Below, in pieces: positions 63,445-64,000 of a stretch of 64,000 nt of DNA (positions are counted from its first letter, which is position 1; each line of letters starts with the position of its first letter). The translations under genes were made by a program, and so were the position numbers. The notes below the pieces were generated by a model. It saw only the letters and a list, made by a program, of their open reading frames with translations. It searched no databases and was not told where the DNA came from. The stretch lies in contig CM059434.1 in NCBI GenBank assembly GCA_030390025.1, positions 45,136,001-45,200,000 of the forward strand, given 5' to 3'. Origin of the DNA: Squalus acanthias. Taxonomy: Eukaryota.

Positions 63445-64000
63445 CTGAGGAGAAAACAAGCACCAATCATCAGCAGAACTACATTTAAGTGAAGTACATT
63501 TCTGATAGTTATAGCTTTAGGGAAAAACAAAAATTTTCAGCAGGATTATAAATAAAAACTAGACAGTATTACATTCAATGTAGTGCATGCAAGAACAATT
63601 TACCAATTTCAGTACAACATAAATAAGAAAATTATAGATATGGTCAGTACATAAAATATTTGACTATTGTTCCAGTGTGAACAGCTAGTATGGGATACCT
63701 TGCAAGTCTTTAAAAAAAAAATCTAATTTCAAGTTCTCACCACATGACACCCATCCCCTCGTTAACACATATTGGGTACAATTCCCTAGACTGGAGGACA
63801 GGCAAGTGACCCACTCCCAGATCTCTGCATCGAGTAGCATGGAGATAGATATATAGAGGCAGCTGGGGGGAGGAGGGGTTGGGGAGGGAAATAAAACCTC
63901 TCCATCACATTTTTCCTGCCCTGCATCCACACCCCCAAAGTGCTTAGACCCCATCTTTTGTCGCAATTGTGCAATTTATTACTGAAATACATTTTGATCC

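Overview
Vertebrate genomic DNA, most likely from a cartilaginous fish, judged from DeuSINE/SacSINE1-like, CR1, L2 and Penelope repeats of shark type. Bases 1-24351 are a near-perfect head-to-tail array of a 1421-bp unit (17 full units plus a partial one, continuing past the left edge). Each unit carries one full-length, apparently identical 7SL (SRP) RNA gene on the minus strand. This 7SL is a divergent variant with compensatory base changes, an intact helix-8 GAAA loop and an unusual AUAG helix-6 loop. Right of the array lie a CpG-rich junction, degenerate relics of the array spacer and nested transposons. These are followed by the ~3.2-kb 3' UTR and the last 22 coding exons (about 983 aa, frame continuous across GT-AG junctions) of PIK3C2A on the minus strand. 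Its introns hold SINEs, LINE fragments, a solo LTR, MITEs and Penelope-derived elements with minimal hammerhead ribozyme cores. The main candidate for an undescribed system is the homogenised, multicopy variant SRP RNA array, possibly a germline/oocyte-type SRP RNA locus.
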